64,000 nt of DNA from an uncultured Acidobacteriota bacterium (GTDB taxonomy: Bacteria; Acidobacteriota; Blastocatellia; RBC074). The stretch covers positions 108,993-172,992 of the forward strand of contig CAVUOF010000002.1 in assembly GCA_963743045.1 (NCBI GenBank), in the 5' to 3' direction. A program made the translations under genes and the position numbers. Under the pieces are notes generated by a model that saw only the letters and a list, made by a program, of their open reading frames with translations, searched no databases and was not told where the DNA came from. This document shows, piece after piece, positions 21,151 to 30,946 of the stretch (position 1 is its first letter; every line of letters begins with the position of its first letter).

Positions 21151-21705
21151 ATGTCCTATCCGATACACACCCTGAAACATGAACACCGTGTCATCGAGCA
21201 GGCGCTTCGCGCTCTCGACGGAATATGCAAGAGGTTTGCAAGCGGAGAGCGGGTGCCCTCTGAAGCCCTTTCAGAGCTCCTCGAATTCATTCACACGTTC
21301 GCAGATGCCTTTCATCACGGGAAAGAAGAGCAACACTTCTTCCCGGCTCTGGAACGCAAGGGAATTGTTCGCCGGGGTGGGCCGCTCGAAGTGATGGAGC
21401 GCGAGCATGAAATTGAGCGGAGACTTGTGCGGGAGCTCGGACAGGACGTCAAGGCATACCAGACCTCAAGACCCGGGTCCTGGCAACACTTTGTCCAGAC
21501 CTCGACGCTCTTTATCGAGCTCCTGACAGGACACATCCAGAGAGAGGATCAGGTCCTTTTCCGCATTGCGGAAGCGATACTCGATGAGGCCGACAATGAA
21601 TACCTGAGCTCCGCTTTCAGAAATGCCGAAAAAGAGATCGGCCGCGGCGTGCTGGAAAATTGCGAACAAAAGGCAGCCGAACTCGAAAGGGCCTGGGCCG
21701 CATAG
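21151..21705 (+). CDS. hemerythrin-domain protein
   Basis: Carries the H..E / HH..EE / H...E metal-ligand pattern: LKHEHRVIE, FADAFHHGKEEQHFF, MEREHEIERRL, HIQREDQVLF. Confidence 0.8.
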   Translation: MSYPIHTLKHEHRVIEQALRALDGICKRFASGERVPSEALSELLEFIHTFADAFHHGKEEQHFFPALERKGIVRRGGPLEVMEREHEIERRLVRELGQDVKAYQTSRPGSWQHFVQTSTLFIELLTGHIQREDQVLFRIAEAILDEADNEYLSSAFRNAEKEIGRGVLENCEQKAAELERAWAA

Positions 21706-21714
21706 GAGATCGCC

Positions 21715-23025
21715 ATGAAGGAGACGCTTACAGTCACTGACAATCGGACCGGAAAGCAATATGAGCTGTCAATCGACAAAGGCACTATACGTGCCATGGA
21801 CTTGAGACAGATCAAGATGTCGGAAGGCGACTTCGGGCTGATGACCTATGACCCGGCCTTCACCAACACTGCCTCTTGCCGGAGCAGGATAACCTTCATC
21901 GATGGTGACAAAGGAATACTTCGTTATTGCGGATATCCGATCGAGCAGCTTGCCGAGCAGAGCACGTACCTTGAGGTTGCATACCTGGTCCTTCACGGGG
22001 AGCTGCCGACCGCGCAGCAACTGGAGGAGTGGACGTGGCATATCACGCATCACACCTTCATCCACGAAAACATCAAGAAATTCATGGATGGCTTTCACTA
22101 CGATGCGCACCCGATGGGCATGCTCGTGGGAACCGTAGGAGCTCTGTCAACTTTCTATCCGGATGCAAAGAGAATCTTCGTGGCTGAAGCGCGACGCAAG
22201 CAGGCCTATCGGCTGATCGCCAAGGTGGCCACGATTGCCGCGTTCGCCTACCGTCACAGCATCGGAATGCCGTACGCCTACCCGGATAACGATCTGAGCT
22301 TTACTGGCAACTTTCTCAACATGATGTTCAAGACCACAGAGCTCAAGTATCATCCGAACCCTGTCCTGGAACGGGCGCTGAATGTACTCTTCATTCTGCA
22401 CGCAGATCATGAGCAGAACTGCAGCACCAATGCCATGAGAAGCATCGGAAGCTCGCACGCCGATCCCTATTCCGCCGTAGCGGGTGCCGCAGCGGCCCTT
22501 TACGGCCCGCTGCATGGTGGCGCCAATGAGGCAGTGCTCCGCATGCTCAACGAGATTGGCTCTATTGGAAATGTCCCCGAATACGTTGATCGCGTAAAAA
22601 AGGGAGAGGTCCGGCTCATGGGCTTCGGCCACCGGGTCTACAAGAACTACGACCCGCGGGCCCGAATCATCAAGCAGGCCGCCCATGATGTCTTCGAAGT
22701 AACAGGAACCAACCCGGTACTCGAGATAGCGCTCGAGCTGGAGCGGATTGCTCTTGAAGACGAATACTTCATTAGTCGGAAGCTCTATCCGAACGTAGAT
22801 TTCTATTCAGGAATCATCTACCAGGCAATGAATTTCCCGGTGGACATGTTCCCGGTGCTCTTTGCCATCCCGCGGACTGCCGGCTGGGTCGCCCAGTGGG
22901 AGGAGATGTTGCTGGACAGTGAGCAGAAGATCGCTCGGCCACGTCAGATCTATCTGGGACACGGCCAACGGGATTATGTTCCTATAGAGGAGAGGCCCGC
23001 AAAAATGGATTCGGCGGCGGTTTAA
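21715..23025 (+). CDS. gltA: citrate synthase
   Basis: Carries the HADHEQNCST, LYGPLHGGANE and MGFGHRVYKNYDPRA signatures over the full length. Confidence 0.95.
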   Translation: MKETLTVTDNRTGKQYELSIDKGTIRAMDLRQIKMSEGDFGLMTYDPAFTNTASCRSRITFIDGDKGILRYCGYPIEQLAEQSTYLEVAYLVLHGELPTAQQLEEWTWHITHHTFIHENIKKFMDGFHYDAHPMGMLVGTVGALSTFYPDAKRIFVAEARRKQAYRLIAKVATIAAFAYRHSIGMPYAYPDNDLSFTGNFLNMMFKTTELKYHPNPVLERALNVLFILHADHEQNCSTNAMRSIGSSHADPYSAVAGAAAALYGPLHGGANEAVLRMLNEIGSIGNVPEYVDRVKKGEVRLMGFGHRVYKNYDPRARIIKQAAHDVFEVTGTNPVLEIALELERIALEDEYFISRKLYPNVDFYSGIIYQAMNFPVDMFPVLFAIPRTAGWVAQWEEMLLDSEQKIARPRQIYLGHGQRDYVPIEERPAKMDSAAV

Positions 23026-23104
23026 CGTCCGCTGCCGAGAATTGACGTCGCCGGGTCATCCTCACACCGCGCTGCATTCTTAACGCCACAGAGTTTCCAG
23101 TCTA

Positions 23105-25030
23105 ATGGGCGATCACAACGTTTCACAAGAACCATCCGAGCCGGAATCAAACGCCTTTATGAGGGCGCTTCTCAATGACCTTGCCGCGTTGGACCGGATG
23201 ATTGCGACCGGGCAGATCGAAAGCGGAATCCGGCGCATTGGCGCGGAGCAGGAGATGTTCCTGGTCGACCGCCATTTGCGCCCGCTCCCGGTTGCGGCTG
23301 AGGTCCTGAAACAAGCGGCAGATTCGAGGCTCACGACCGAGATCGGCAAGTTCAACCTGGAAGCCAACCTCTCACCCCAGCACTTCAGCAATGGCTGCCT
23401 TCGTGCCATGGAGCAGGAAATCGAGGAGCTCATTCGCATGGTTCGCGAGGCAGCCAACCTTTACGGGGCTGAAGTGTTGCTCACTGGAATTCTGCCGACA
23501 ATCAGGCAGTCTGATCTGACACTCGACAACCTGACCCACTCGCCGCGCTACCTGGAGCTCAACCGAACCATGAGCCGGCTGCGCCGAGGCAACTTCAGTG
23601 CATACATAAAGGGCCTCGATGAGCTCCAGGTCTGTCACGACAACATTATGTTGGAGTCGTGCTGCACCAGCTTTCAGGTTCATCTTCAGGTTGGCCCGCA
23701 GGAGTTCGTGCCCCTTTATAACCTTGCCCAGCTCATTACAGCACCGATCGTGGCGGCGGCAGCCAACTCGCCACTGTTGTTCGGTCATCGTTTGTGGCAC
23801 GAGACCCGGGTTGCGCTGTTCCAGCATTCCGTTGATGAACGTTCAAGCGCGCATCTGGCCCGCGGGCACCCGACACGCGTCAGCTTCGGCGAGAGGTGGC
23901 TCAAAGAATCTGTGCTCGAGATCTTCCGCGAAGAGATCGCCAGATTTCAGGTGGTCATCAGGACAAGGCTCGAAGAGGATCCGATGGCGGTACTGGCTCG
24001 CGGGGAAGCTCCCCGCCTCCTCGCCCTTCGATTGCACAACGGCACTGTCTGGCGCTGGAACCGGCCCTGCTATGGCGTCCCTGAATGGGCGTGGACATCT
24101 TCGCATCGAGATGCGTGCACTGCCGTCGGGTCCGACGGTTGCCGATGAGATGGCCAATGCAGCATTCTTCCTCGGCCTCATGTCTGCGCTGGACAAGGAA
24201 TACGGCGAGGTGTCCGGGTTGATGCCCTTCGATGACGCCAAGGACAACTTCTTCGCGGCGGCACGCTATGGGCTGAAAGCACAATTCACATGGGTCGATG
24301 GCAAACGCCACACGGCGTCCGGATTGATTCTCGATCACTTACTGCCGCTGGCTCGCAAGGGCCTCAGTCCGCCATTGATGGTGGCGATCACTACCTGGAC
24401 ACAATTGAGGAGCGAGTGCGCCGCGATCAGACAGGAGCGCAGTGGTCGCTGAAGTCGCTCGCTGCAATGGACGCACAAGGTACTGCCGATTCCCGTCACC
24501 GGGCACTGGCCAGAGCCATGCTCACAAACCAGCAGACGGGAGAGCCGGTCGCCCGCTGGGCAAAGGCCAGGTTGGAGGACGACCCCGAGCCGGGGCAAGG
24601 TTACCAGACCGTAAGCCAGTTCATGTCGACCGACCTCTTTACCGTGGGGCCTGACGACCTTGTTGACCTCGTGGCGAGTGTCATGGACTGGAGGCATATC
24701 AGGCATGTGCCGGTGGAGGATGATGAAGGCCGCCTGATCGGCTTGATATCACATCGCGACCTGTTGCGCCTGATGGCGCGTGGCCAGTCGAACCTCAACA
24801 ACACGCTGACGGTTCGGAATATTATGAGACTCAAGCCGGTGACGGTGACGGCTGAAACGTCGACCCTCGAAGCGATTGATGTCATGCGTCGCAACAAGGT
24901 TGGTTGCCTGCCCGTAGTCGATGGAGACCGTCTGGTGGGGATTGTCACCGCTTACGATTTTCTTGCGATTTCGGCCAGGCTTGTCGAGGAGCATCTCAAA
25001 GAGCGGTCAACGGTCGAGTGTGTCTACTGA
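23105..25030 (+). CDS. glutamate-cysteine-ligase family 2 (carboxylate-amine ligase) fused to a C-terminal CBS pair, frame-broken near 24079 and 24363
   Basis: [18 protein letters not shown] and [27 protein letters not shown] mark the ligase part. Two CBS motifs then follow in ORF 24290..25030. Confidence 0.8.
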
Positions 25031-25059
25031 GGCGCCTTCCGAACGGTGATTGGCATAGT

Positions 25060-25192
25060 ATGGCAGTGCGGCGACCCTGGGACGCGCGGGCGTCCCGCCC
25101 GCCATGACTTCGGCAGATAAGCTACTTCTCCAACATCATGCGGGCGAGACGCCCGCGGTCGGGCAGGGCCGCACTGCCCCTACATGGATCGA
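25060..25192. repeat. imperfect palindromic REP-like element between convergent genes
   Basis: About 50-bp arms (GGCAGTGCGGC..GCGGGCGTC..CGCCCGCCATGA and its imperfect complement) around a ~33-bp spacer. The ends resemble families A and B. Confidence 0.55.
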
Positions 25193-25193
25193 G

Positions 25194-26547
25194 TCACCGC
25201 TCAGCCTGCCCCTTGCCCTCGATTACCAGGAACCCTGTTTCGCCACCGCCGGAGGTGACATTGACGATCGGTGAGTCCGAGAGACGGACCATCGCACCGT
25301 TGACCCGACCACGAAAAATGAACGGGTTGGTATCAACAAACATTGGCTGGAAACTCCAGCCACGTGTATCGAAGATCGGAAACACCTCTGTCGGAAGATC
25401 AATAGCCTCCTGAACAACGTAGTCGCCCTTCAGAGCTGCTGAGAGCCGGGAGTCCCATTCAGCCTCACTCGAAGACCTCCCGAAATGGATGCCGCGGCCA
25501 CCATAGTCGTCATTCGGCTTCAGAATGAACCCTGCACGATACTTTCGAATGTAGTCCAGGAGGTCTATTGGTTGACCGCGGTAGATCGTCTTTCTCTCAG
25601 TCACCCGCCTCGTCCACGGAACGCAGCGAGCGATCACATCTCTCTCCCGGGACGTGAACAAGTTTTCGTGTCTCTGGTCGGTCAAGACTTCAAAAGCTGC
25701 CTTCTTGTGGAGCAGCTTGCAGCGAAAAGGATTGATCAGGCAAACATCGTGATTGGCATAGGCCTGGACCAGCGGATGAGTCTCGTCATAACGGTCGAGG
25801 AATTCGTGAATGATGATTCGTTTGTAAACGAGGTCGATTTCGAAATCCCCTTTCCGCAACCGCCCTCCGCTGTACTCCAGTTCATCCGGCGTGCAGATAA
25901 TGCTGGGAACGCCGCACGCCACAAAATTATTGCGTAGGAGGATGAATTCGCTTGCCGTGGGCAGCCCGGACCAGTCGACAATCGCGACATTCGGTGTGCC
26001 CTTTCCGCCCCATTCTCTATAAGTGGAAAGCAGGGCGCGCAAGAGTGCCGAAACAGGGCTGAACTGGCGCAAACGGTAGCGCTTCGCTGTAGTCTGAAGG
26101 GCGCGAAGCTCAAACAAAACAACATTAAGACCCGCCTGGTCTGTCAGGCTCGACGGATTCTCTGCATTGTATTCGACGAACTTGACGCCGTCCTCAATGA
26201 CAAACGCATCGAGCCTCGCGGTGACAGCCGCATGAGCGAATCCCGGGTCAATGCGAGCCAGGCGGAGTTCGGCATCGCGCAAACCGATCCGATCCATCAG
26301 GGACTCATCCCCCAAGGAGGGTAGGTAGCTTGGCGAAGGCTCCTGCAAGGACCTCAGCGGCCTGAGCGAGGTCGTCGTATTGTGCCCGGTTCAGGAAGTG
26401 CGGACGAAGCGCAATTCCCAATTCCCGGTCTCCGTATAGCAGGCCCTTGGCGCTCATACCTTCTTTCAGGCGGCCAAAAAGGTCTGCGGTAAGGCTCTCA
26501 TCCGCTGTCAGCAGATCGTGATATTCGGCAATTGCTCGATTGCGCAT
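25194..26547 (-). CDS. ATP-grasp superfamily ligase (glutathionylspermidine-synthase / circularly permuted ATP-grasp-like), frame-broken near 26320
   Basis: Contains [27 protein letters not shown] and VVQEAIDLP...FVDTNPFIF. The start was chosen at [13 protein letters not shown]. The family assignment is by pattern only. Confidence 0.55.
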
Positions 26548-26589
26548 AGCCAGTCCCAAGCCAGATGCGATTCGCTCGAAGCATGTGAG

Positions 26590-26605
26590 ATCAATTCTTA
26601 TGCCA
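26590..26605 (-). promoter_or_regulatory. weak sigma-54-like element (reads TGGCATAAGAATTGAT on the minus strand) upstream of the ATP-grasp gene
   Basis: Good -24 element and correct spacing, but the -12 element is TTGA rather than TTGC. It is conserved in the duplicated copy near 33275. Confidence 0.3.
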
Positions 26606-26638
26606 GGCCATGACGCCGCAAAGTATGCGATTCGCGTC

Positions 26639-26654
26639 TGGCACACCACGTGCT
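26639..26654 (+). promoter_or_regulatory. sigma-54 type promoter TGGCACACCACGTGCT upstream of the small Cys-containing protein
   Basis: Correct spacing, about 70 nt upstream of the ATG at 26725. An identical copy is at 33320..33335. Confidence 0.6.
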
Positions 26655-26724
26655 CGAGATAGTGTGAGAGGGCCGCTGCCAGGCGACTTTCCAGTAAGAA
26701 AATTAGTTTGGGGAGGTGATGGCC

Positions 26725-27078
26725 ATGTCAACGTCAACCGATGATCGCGATCTTTTGGAGGTTCTCAAATTCGAGCTCGATTTTGTAGATCAGGGCGGAT
26801 ACGGCCGTTCGGTTCGAACGCCATGGAAAAAGACCTCAACCTTTCAGGGCTCATTGAGTTGCATCAATTTCGGCGATCCCGAGCGAACTCATCCCTGCGA
26901 TCAATGTCAGTTGATGCAATTTGTGCCTCCTGGTGCCCGTTCCGAGGATGTTCCCTGTCACCACATTCCACTGGATGAGACAGGCAAGACAGTTGACCTG
27001 CTCGAGCAAAGAGGCAATCAGGAGGAAATTGAAGAATCCGTGAAAAAGTGGCTGCGCACGACGATTCGAGAGACTTGA
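26725..27078 (+). CDS. small conserved hypothetical Cys/His-containing protein (copy A)
   Basis: GGGGAGG RBS. It is a paralog of 33400..33789. The shared core is DDRDLLE.LKFELDF.DQGGYGRSVRTPWKKTS.FQGSLSCINFGDP.RT.PC.QCQLMQFVP...RSEDVPCHHIPLDETG. Its 3' end differs from copy B by a 1-nt indel at ~27066. Confidence 0.6.
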   Translation: MSTSTDDRDLLEVLKFELDFVDQGGYGRSVRTPWKKTSTFQGSLSCINFGDPERTHPCDQCQLMQFVPPGARSEDVPCHHIPLDETGKTVDLLEQRGNQEEIEESVKKWLRTTIRET

Positions 27079-27120
27079 GCAGGAACGCTCGGTTGGTTTG
27101 ACGCCACTCGATTGAGGCCG

Positions 27121-27150
27121 AAAAATTCCCCGCCCGAAGCGGGATTTTCC
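27121..27150 (+). terminator. imperfect stem-loop (AAAATTCCCCGC-ccgaa-GCGGGATTTTCC) after small protein A
   Basis: Hairpin with a U-rich 3' arm. A degenerate version occurs in the duplicated copy. Confidence 0.35.
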
Positions 27151-27195
27151 GCCGAGACCTGAAGGAATAAGCACAAGAAAACCAGTTAGATTGTC

Positions 27196-27971
27196 ATGGC
27201 CGTTCGAGCATTAGCTACAAGAACAAAAGACGAGATGGGCAACCTCTTGTCAGAGACGGCAGCCGGGCGGCGCGAGGCGGTCTTCCGCGTGCGCGGCGTT
27301 TCAAAGGTCTACCGCATGGGTGAGGTGAGGTTGGTTGCGCGCGGTTGACCTCGATCTTTACCGCGGCGAATTCGTCGTCATCCTGGGTCCGTCGGGGAGC
27401 GGAAAATCAACGCTGCTGAACATCATCGGCGGACTCGACATGCCGACTGGTGGTAAGGTCCATTTCTTAGACCACGACCTCACTGCTGCCGATGACCGAG
27501 GATTGACGCGCTTCCGGCGCGAGCACGTCGGCTTTGTCTTTCAATTCTACAATCTCATTCCGAGCCTGACGGCGTTGGAGAACGTGGAACTGGTGACGGA
27601 GCTGGCGGAACGTCCGATGTCTGCGGAAGAAGCCTTGCGGCTGGTCGGGTTGGGTGACCGTCTGCATCATTTCCCCGCGCAGCTTTCGGGCGGCGAGCAG
27701 CAGCGCGTAGCGATCGCGCGCGCGATCGCGAAGCGCCCGGACGTGCTGTTGTGCGACGAGCCGACCGGCGCACTCGATTATCCGACAGGCAAGCTGGTGC
27801 TCGAAGTGTTGGAACGGGTCAACCGCGAACTGGGCACGACCACGGTCGGTAATTACGCACAACGCCGCTATTGCCGCGATGGCTGACCGAGTGATCCGCC
27901 TGGGCAGTGGCCAGATCATCGAGACGCGCCGCAACGAAAAGAGGGCCAGCCCGGCTGAACTGGAGTGGTGA
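27196..27971 (+). CDS. ABC transporter ATP-binding protein (MacB/LolD/DevA type), frame-broken near 27335 and 27850
   Basis: Walker [10 protein letters not shown], signature [14 protein letters not shown], Walker [12 protein letters not shown]. The tail [19 protein letters not shown] lies in another frame. No permease gene is adjacent. Confidence 0.8.
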
Positions 27972-28324
27972 AGAAAATGCAACAGGTTTCGATTCCACTC
28001 GGCGTTGAGGAGCAGCGCGTCAACGTCATCGCGGATTTTGTGGGCGCCCCTGGACCGCTCGGCGACGGTTATCGCGTGGAGGCGCGGTTGGTTATATGGG
28101 AGGCGGATGACGTGCTGCGCACTCCTGCAAGCGCGCTCTACCGCAAAGGGCAAGGCTGGGGCGTGTTCGTAGTCGAGAATGGCCAGGCGCGCGAGCGCCA
28201 GGTCCAGATCGGCCACCGCACCGCCCTTGACGTTGAGGTTTTACACGGCCTCGACAAAGGCGCGGAGGTCATTCTTCATCCCAACAATCAAATCACAGAC
28301 GGTCTGCGCGTCAATGCACACTGA
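27965..28324 (+). pseudogene. C-terminal fragment of an HlyD/MacA-type periplasmic adaptor
   Basis: Only ~110 C-terminal residues are present (beta-barrel/MP domain pattern [49 protein letters not shown]). The N-terminal two-thirds are absent. Confidence 0.5.
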
Positions 28325-28333
28325 TCTGGCCAT

Positions 28334-28809
28334 CTACACCCTTTCACTTACTCCGCCCGCGCTGCGTCGGCGTACGATCTCGACCGAACACGGCGCGTGC
28401 GTAGCGACCGCCTGTGACACCGAACCGAGCGAGAAATCGTCGCAAGCCATGATCAGCCATGCGAGCCGACCACGATCAGATCGGCGCCCCACGTCTCAGC
28501 CTCGTCGAGAATCACGTCCTTGGCGCGACCGTCTTTAGTTTCGGTGATGACCTTGAGCTGTGCGACTGGGCTGGACTGAATGCGGCTCATCGCTCCTTCG
28601 ATTGCCGAATCTGCCTGTCCCTTTGCCATCTTCTCCACTTGCGAGTAGTAGCTGTCAGGCAGCGCCCAGGTCTCGGTCGTCGGCACGAAAGGCAGCTCAA
28701 TTGCAGAAATGATCTTCACCACGCTGCCTTCGGGCCAGGGTCGCTCGGCAACCGCGTCCGCCGCCGCTTTGCCATAGTCGGAGCCATCCACGGCCAATAG
28801 AATTCTCAT
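28334..28809 (-). pseudogene. single-domain universal stress protein disrupted by a 10-nt tandem duplication plus a 1-nt indel near 28420-28461
   Basis: MRILLAVDGSDYGKAAA...[10 protein letters not shown] is followed by the duplicated AGCCATG(atc)AGCCATG. After that, LRRFL and [20 protein letters not shown] fall in two other frames. Confidence 0.65.
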
Positions 28810-28854
28810 TGCGTCTCTCCTCTCAGGGTTCTTTGGAGCCAGGCCGATAGTAAG

Positions 28855-28870
28855 AGCAATGATCATACCG
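28855..28870 (-). promoter_or_regulatory. sigma-54-like promoter (reads CGGTATGATCATTGCT on the minus strand) upstream of the USP gene
   Basis: Correct GG-N10-GC spacing, 47 nt upstream of the ATG at 28809. The -24 element is GGTAT rather than GGCAC. Confidence 0.5.
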
Positions 28871-29033
28871 TTGCAAAAGATCATTGAAGGAGCTCATCGA
28901 AGATCTACTGGCAATCCCTCAAACAGACCAAGGAAATCAGATCAAAGCAGCGGGATTGCACATCTCCCCCAACCAACTTCGCTACCGCTTGAAGAAGATT
29001 GAAGGCATTCCTGTCACACATCAGGACAAGTAA
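28864..29033 (+). pseudogene. 3' remnant of a sigma-54 activator gene (Fis-type HTH only)
   Basis: The translation [41 protein letters not shown] matches the C-terminal HTH of the bEBP at 15816..17231. A stop codon lies immediately upstream, and the AAA+ and REC parts are absent. Confidence 0.65.
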
Positions 29034-29070
29034 GGCCGGCCACCGAGATTTGAGGATGATGGCCGGCCTT
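29032..29070 (+). terminator. 10-bp perfect inverted repeat AAGGCCGGCC...GGCCGGCCTT after the activator remnant
   Basis: Seen directly in the sequence. It has a 19-nt loop and no clear T-tract. Confidence 0.35.
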
Positions 29071-29168
29071 GGGGTGAGTTGGATGCAGTGATCCGGATTT
29101 TCGCTATCGAAGGCGCAACCCCGGACTACTGGATGCGCACGACCGTCGCCGATGGGTCGTGTGTGTGC

Positions 29169-29835
29169 TTATGGGACGATCTCGATTTGGTTCGTTACGG
29201 AAGTGACGCCGGGCGCGCCCCAAGCCGCATGCTGCGCCTCCAGCTTTTCCGCCCAGGATCGTACGGTGCCGGTCAAGGTCACTAACCCGTCGCGGGCCGT
29301 CACCCGGATGCGACGCGCATCCAACTCCGCGCTCCGCCGCAGCGCTTGCTCGATCTTCGTGTGCACGTCTAGCGGCGACACACATGGTTTGACCTCGATG
29401 TTGTTAGTGATGCCGCGCACGCCGAACAAATACCTGACGGTTCGCTCGGTGGCCTCTTTCTGGAAGCCCCAGTCCACTTTGCCTTCGAGTGTCAGCCAGC
29501 CGTTTTTCACTGATCACTTTGATTTCGTTGCTGGGCACGCTGACGTTACCCGAGAGCGCCTGCAACGCGGAGTTCGCGATCTCGGTGTCCGTTTGCTCGG
29601 AGAGCACCTTCACCTCGATGTCATTGGCCACGGCCTTGACGCCGTAAACACGTTTGGCGGCCTTCTCCGCGGCGATCTTGTCGGCGTAGGTCTCGACGTG
29701 GCCGGTGAGGGTAACCACACCATTCGCGGCCACAACGCCGATGTTATTTGACGGCACCGCCGGGTCATAATCGAGTTGGCGTTCGACGGCCTCACGTAAT
29801 TCTTTATCTAGATAATTTACTGTTTTTGATTGCAT
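29169..29835 (-). CDS. BON-domain protein (OsmY-like), frame-broken near 29510
   Basis: BON signatures are [47 protein letters not shown] and [19 protein letters not shown]. Confidence 0.8.
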
Positions 29836-29883
29836 AAAATCTCCTTTTTCCCCGCTAAAGGGGAGTGAGTGATTTTCGATACG

Positions 29884-30804
29884 TTAGACGTTTTCATAAT
29901 TTCCCCTGGCTTCTCTGACCACTTCGACTGAGCAATGCGCATGTGTGGCCACGAATGAAGAGACGCTGCCGATCAGGAACCGCTTGATGGCGCTCATCCC
30001 TCTTGCGCCGACAAAGATACAGTCCGCTCCCCAGCCCCTGGCTTCGCTGATCAGTGATTGGCGCGCGTCCTCCTCTTTCATCACTTTGGAGACCGTCAAT
30101 CCCGCGCCCTTCAATGTTCCGACTGCTTTCTCGATCGCTTCACCTACTCGCGCCCTTTCGTCGGCAATCCATTCCGCAACTGCGGTAGCCGCGTATTCAG
30201 AGCCGACAGGAGGAAGTACCGGAAAGCCGTTAACGATCCTTACCTCGCTCCCCTTCGGCCAATGTCGCGCGGCCACGGCTTTCACCGCTGCCTCCGCGCC
30301 CGCAGAGCCATCTACACCCACGATCAAGCGAATGGGGGTTGCAGGCTCTTCCAAACGGCCACGCGCAATGCGCACTGTGCTATGCGCCGCGTGCAGCACC
30401 TTCTGTGACACGCTGCCCAGGAACAGCCGGCCGAACGCGGAACGGCCATGTGATCCGACAACAATCAGATCAGTTTTCAATTCCTCAGCCCTGTTCAGAA
30501 TCCAGCCGGCCGGCGATCCTGTCGCGGTTTCCGCATGGACCTCCCATTCGGGGAAGGACGTCTTCAGTACCGCACCCGCGCGCCGGGCCGTCGCCAGAGC
30601 CGCCTTTTCCCACACCAGCATGGAATTCGGGAAGTCGGTCTTAACCATCCCATAACTAACCGGTGCTGGAATCCATTCCGCGTAAACCGACAACACGTGC
30701 GCTTCCGCTTTTCGCGGCAAGCCAGCTCGGCTCATATCCGCCAGTGCGGCTTGAGCGCAGGCCGATTCGTCATACGCAATCAGGATTTTCGTCTCGTCCC
30801 TCAT
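29884..30804 (-). CDS. tandem-domain universal stress protein (intact)
   Basis: 306-aa ORF with two USP domains. It is a paralog of 8223..9126. Confidence 0.9.
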   Translation of the reverse strand: MRDETKILIAYDESACAQAALADMSRAGLPRKAEAHVLSVYAEWIPAPVSYGMVKTDFPNSMLVWEKAALATARRAGAVLKTSFPEWEVHAETATGSPAGWILNRAEELKTDLIVVGSHGRSAFGRLFLGSVSQKVLHAAHSTVRIARGRLEEPATPIRLIVGVDGSAGAEAAVKAVAARHWPKGSEVRIVNGFPVLPPVGSEYAATAVAEWIADERARVGEAIEKAVGTLKGAGLTVSKVMKEEDARQSLISEARGWGADCIFVGARGMSAIKRFLIGSVSSFVATHAHCSVEVVREARGNYENV

Positions 30805-30930
30805 ACATTCTCTCCTTGAAAATGAGATGATGTGGCAGACAAAAATAAGCCTAACCGAACAAATCTCTCGATACGCTGCTCAGGGGCTTGAACGTTTATC
30901 CGCAAAGCAGCTTAATTCCAGTGGTCAAGC

Positions 30931-30946
30931 TGCAAGCGTTGTGCCG
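30931..30946 (-). promoter_or_regulatory. sigma-54 type promoter (reads CGGCACAACGCTTGCA on the minus strand) upstream of the USP-BON pair
   Basis: Correct spacing, about 130 nt upstream of the ATG at 30804. Confidence 0.6.

Noticed and set aside
26305-26649. The upstream extension of the ATP-grasp ORF (start at 26649), and the 5' extensions of several other ORFs such as 7684, 28884, 44142, 63901 and 62931.
   Set aside because: The extensions overlap promoter elements or the preceding gene and lack an RBS. Internal starts with good RBSs and homolog-like N-termini were preferred.
27467-28216. Long antisense or shadow ORFs opposite recognised genes. Examples: 27467..28216 (249 aa), 38778..39770 (330 aa), 60326..61375 (349 aa), 50294..50983, 37357..37992, 34768..35373, 22147..22686, 11118..11669 and 19264..19803.
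   Set aside because: Each fully overlaps a gene with strong family signatures on the other strand. Their translations are low-complexity and Arg/Pro/Gly-rich, with no recognisable motifs. This is typical stop-codon-poor antisense sequence in GC-rich DNA.
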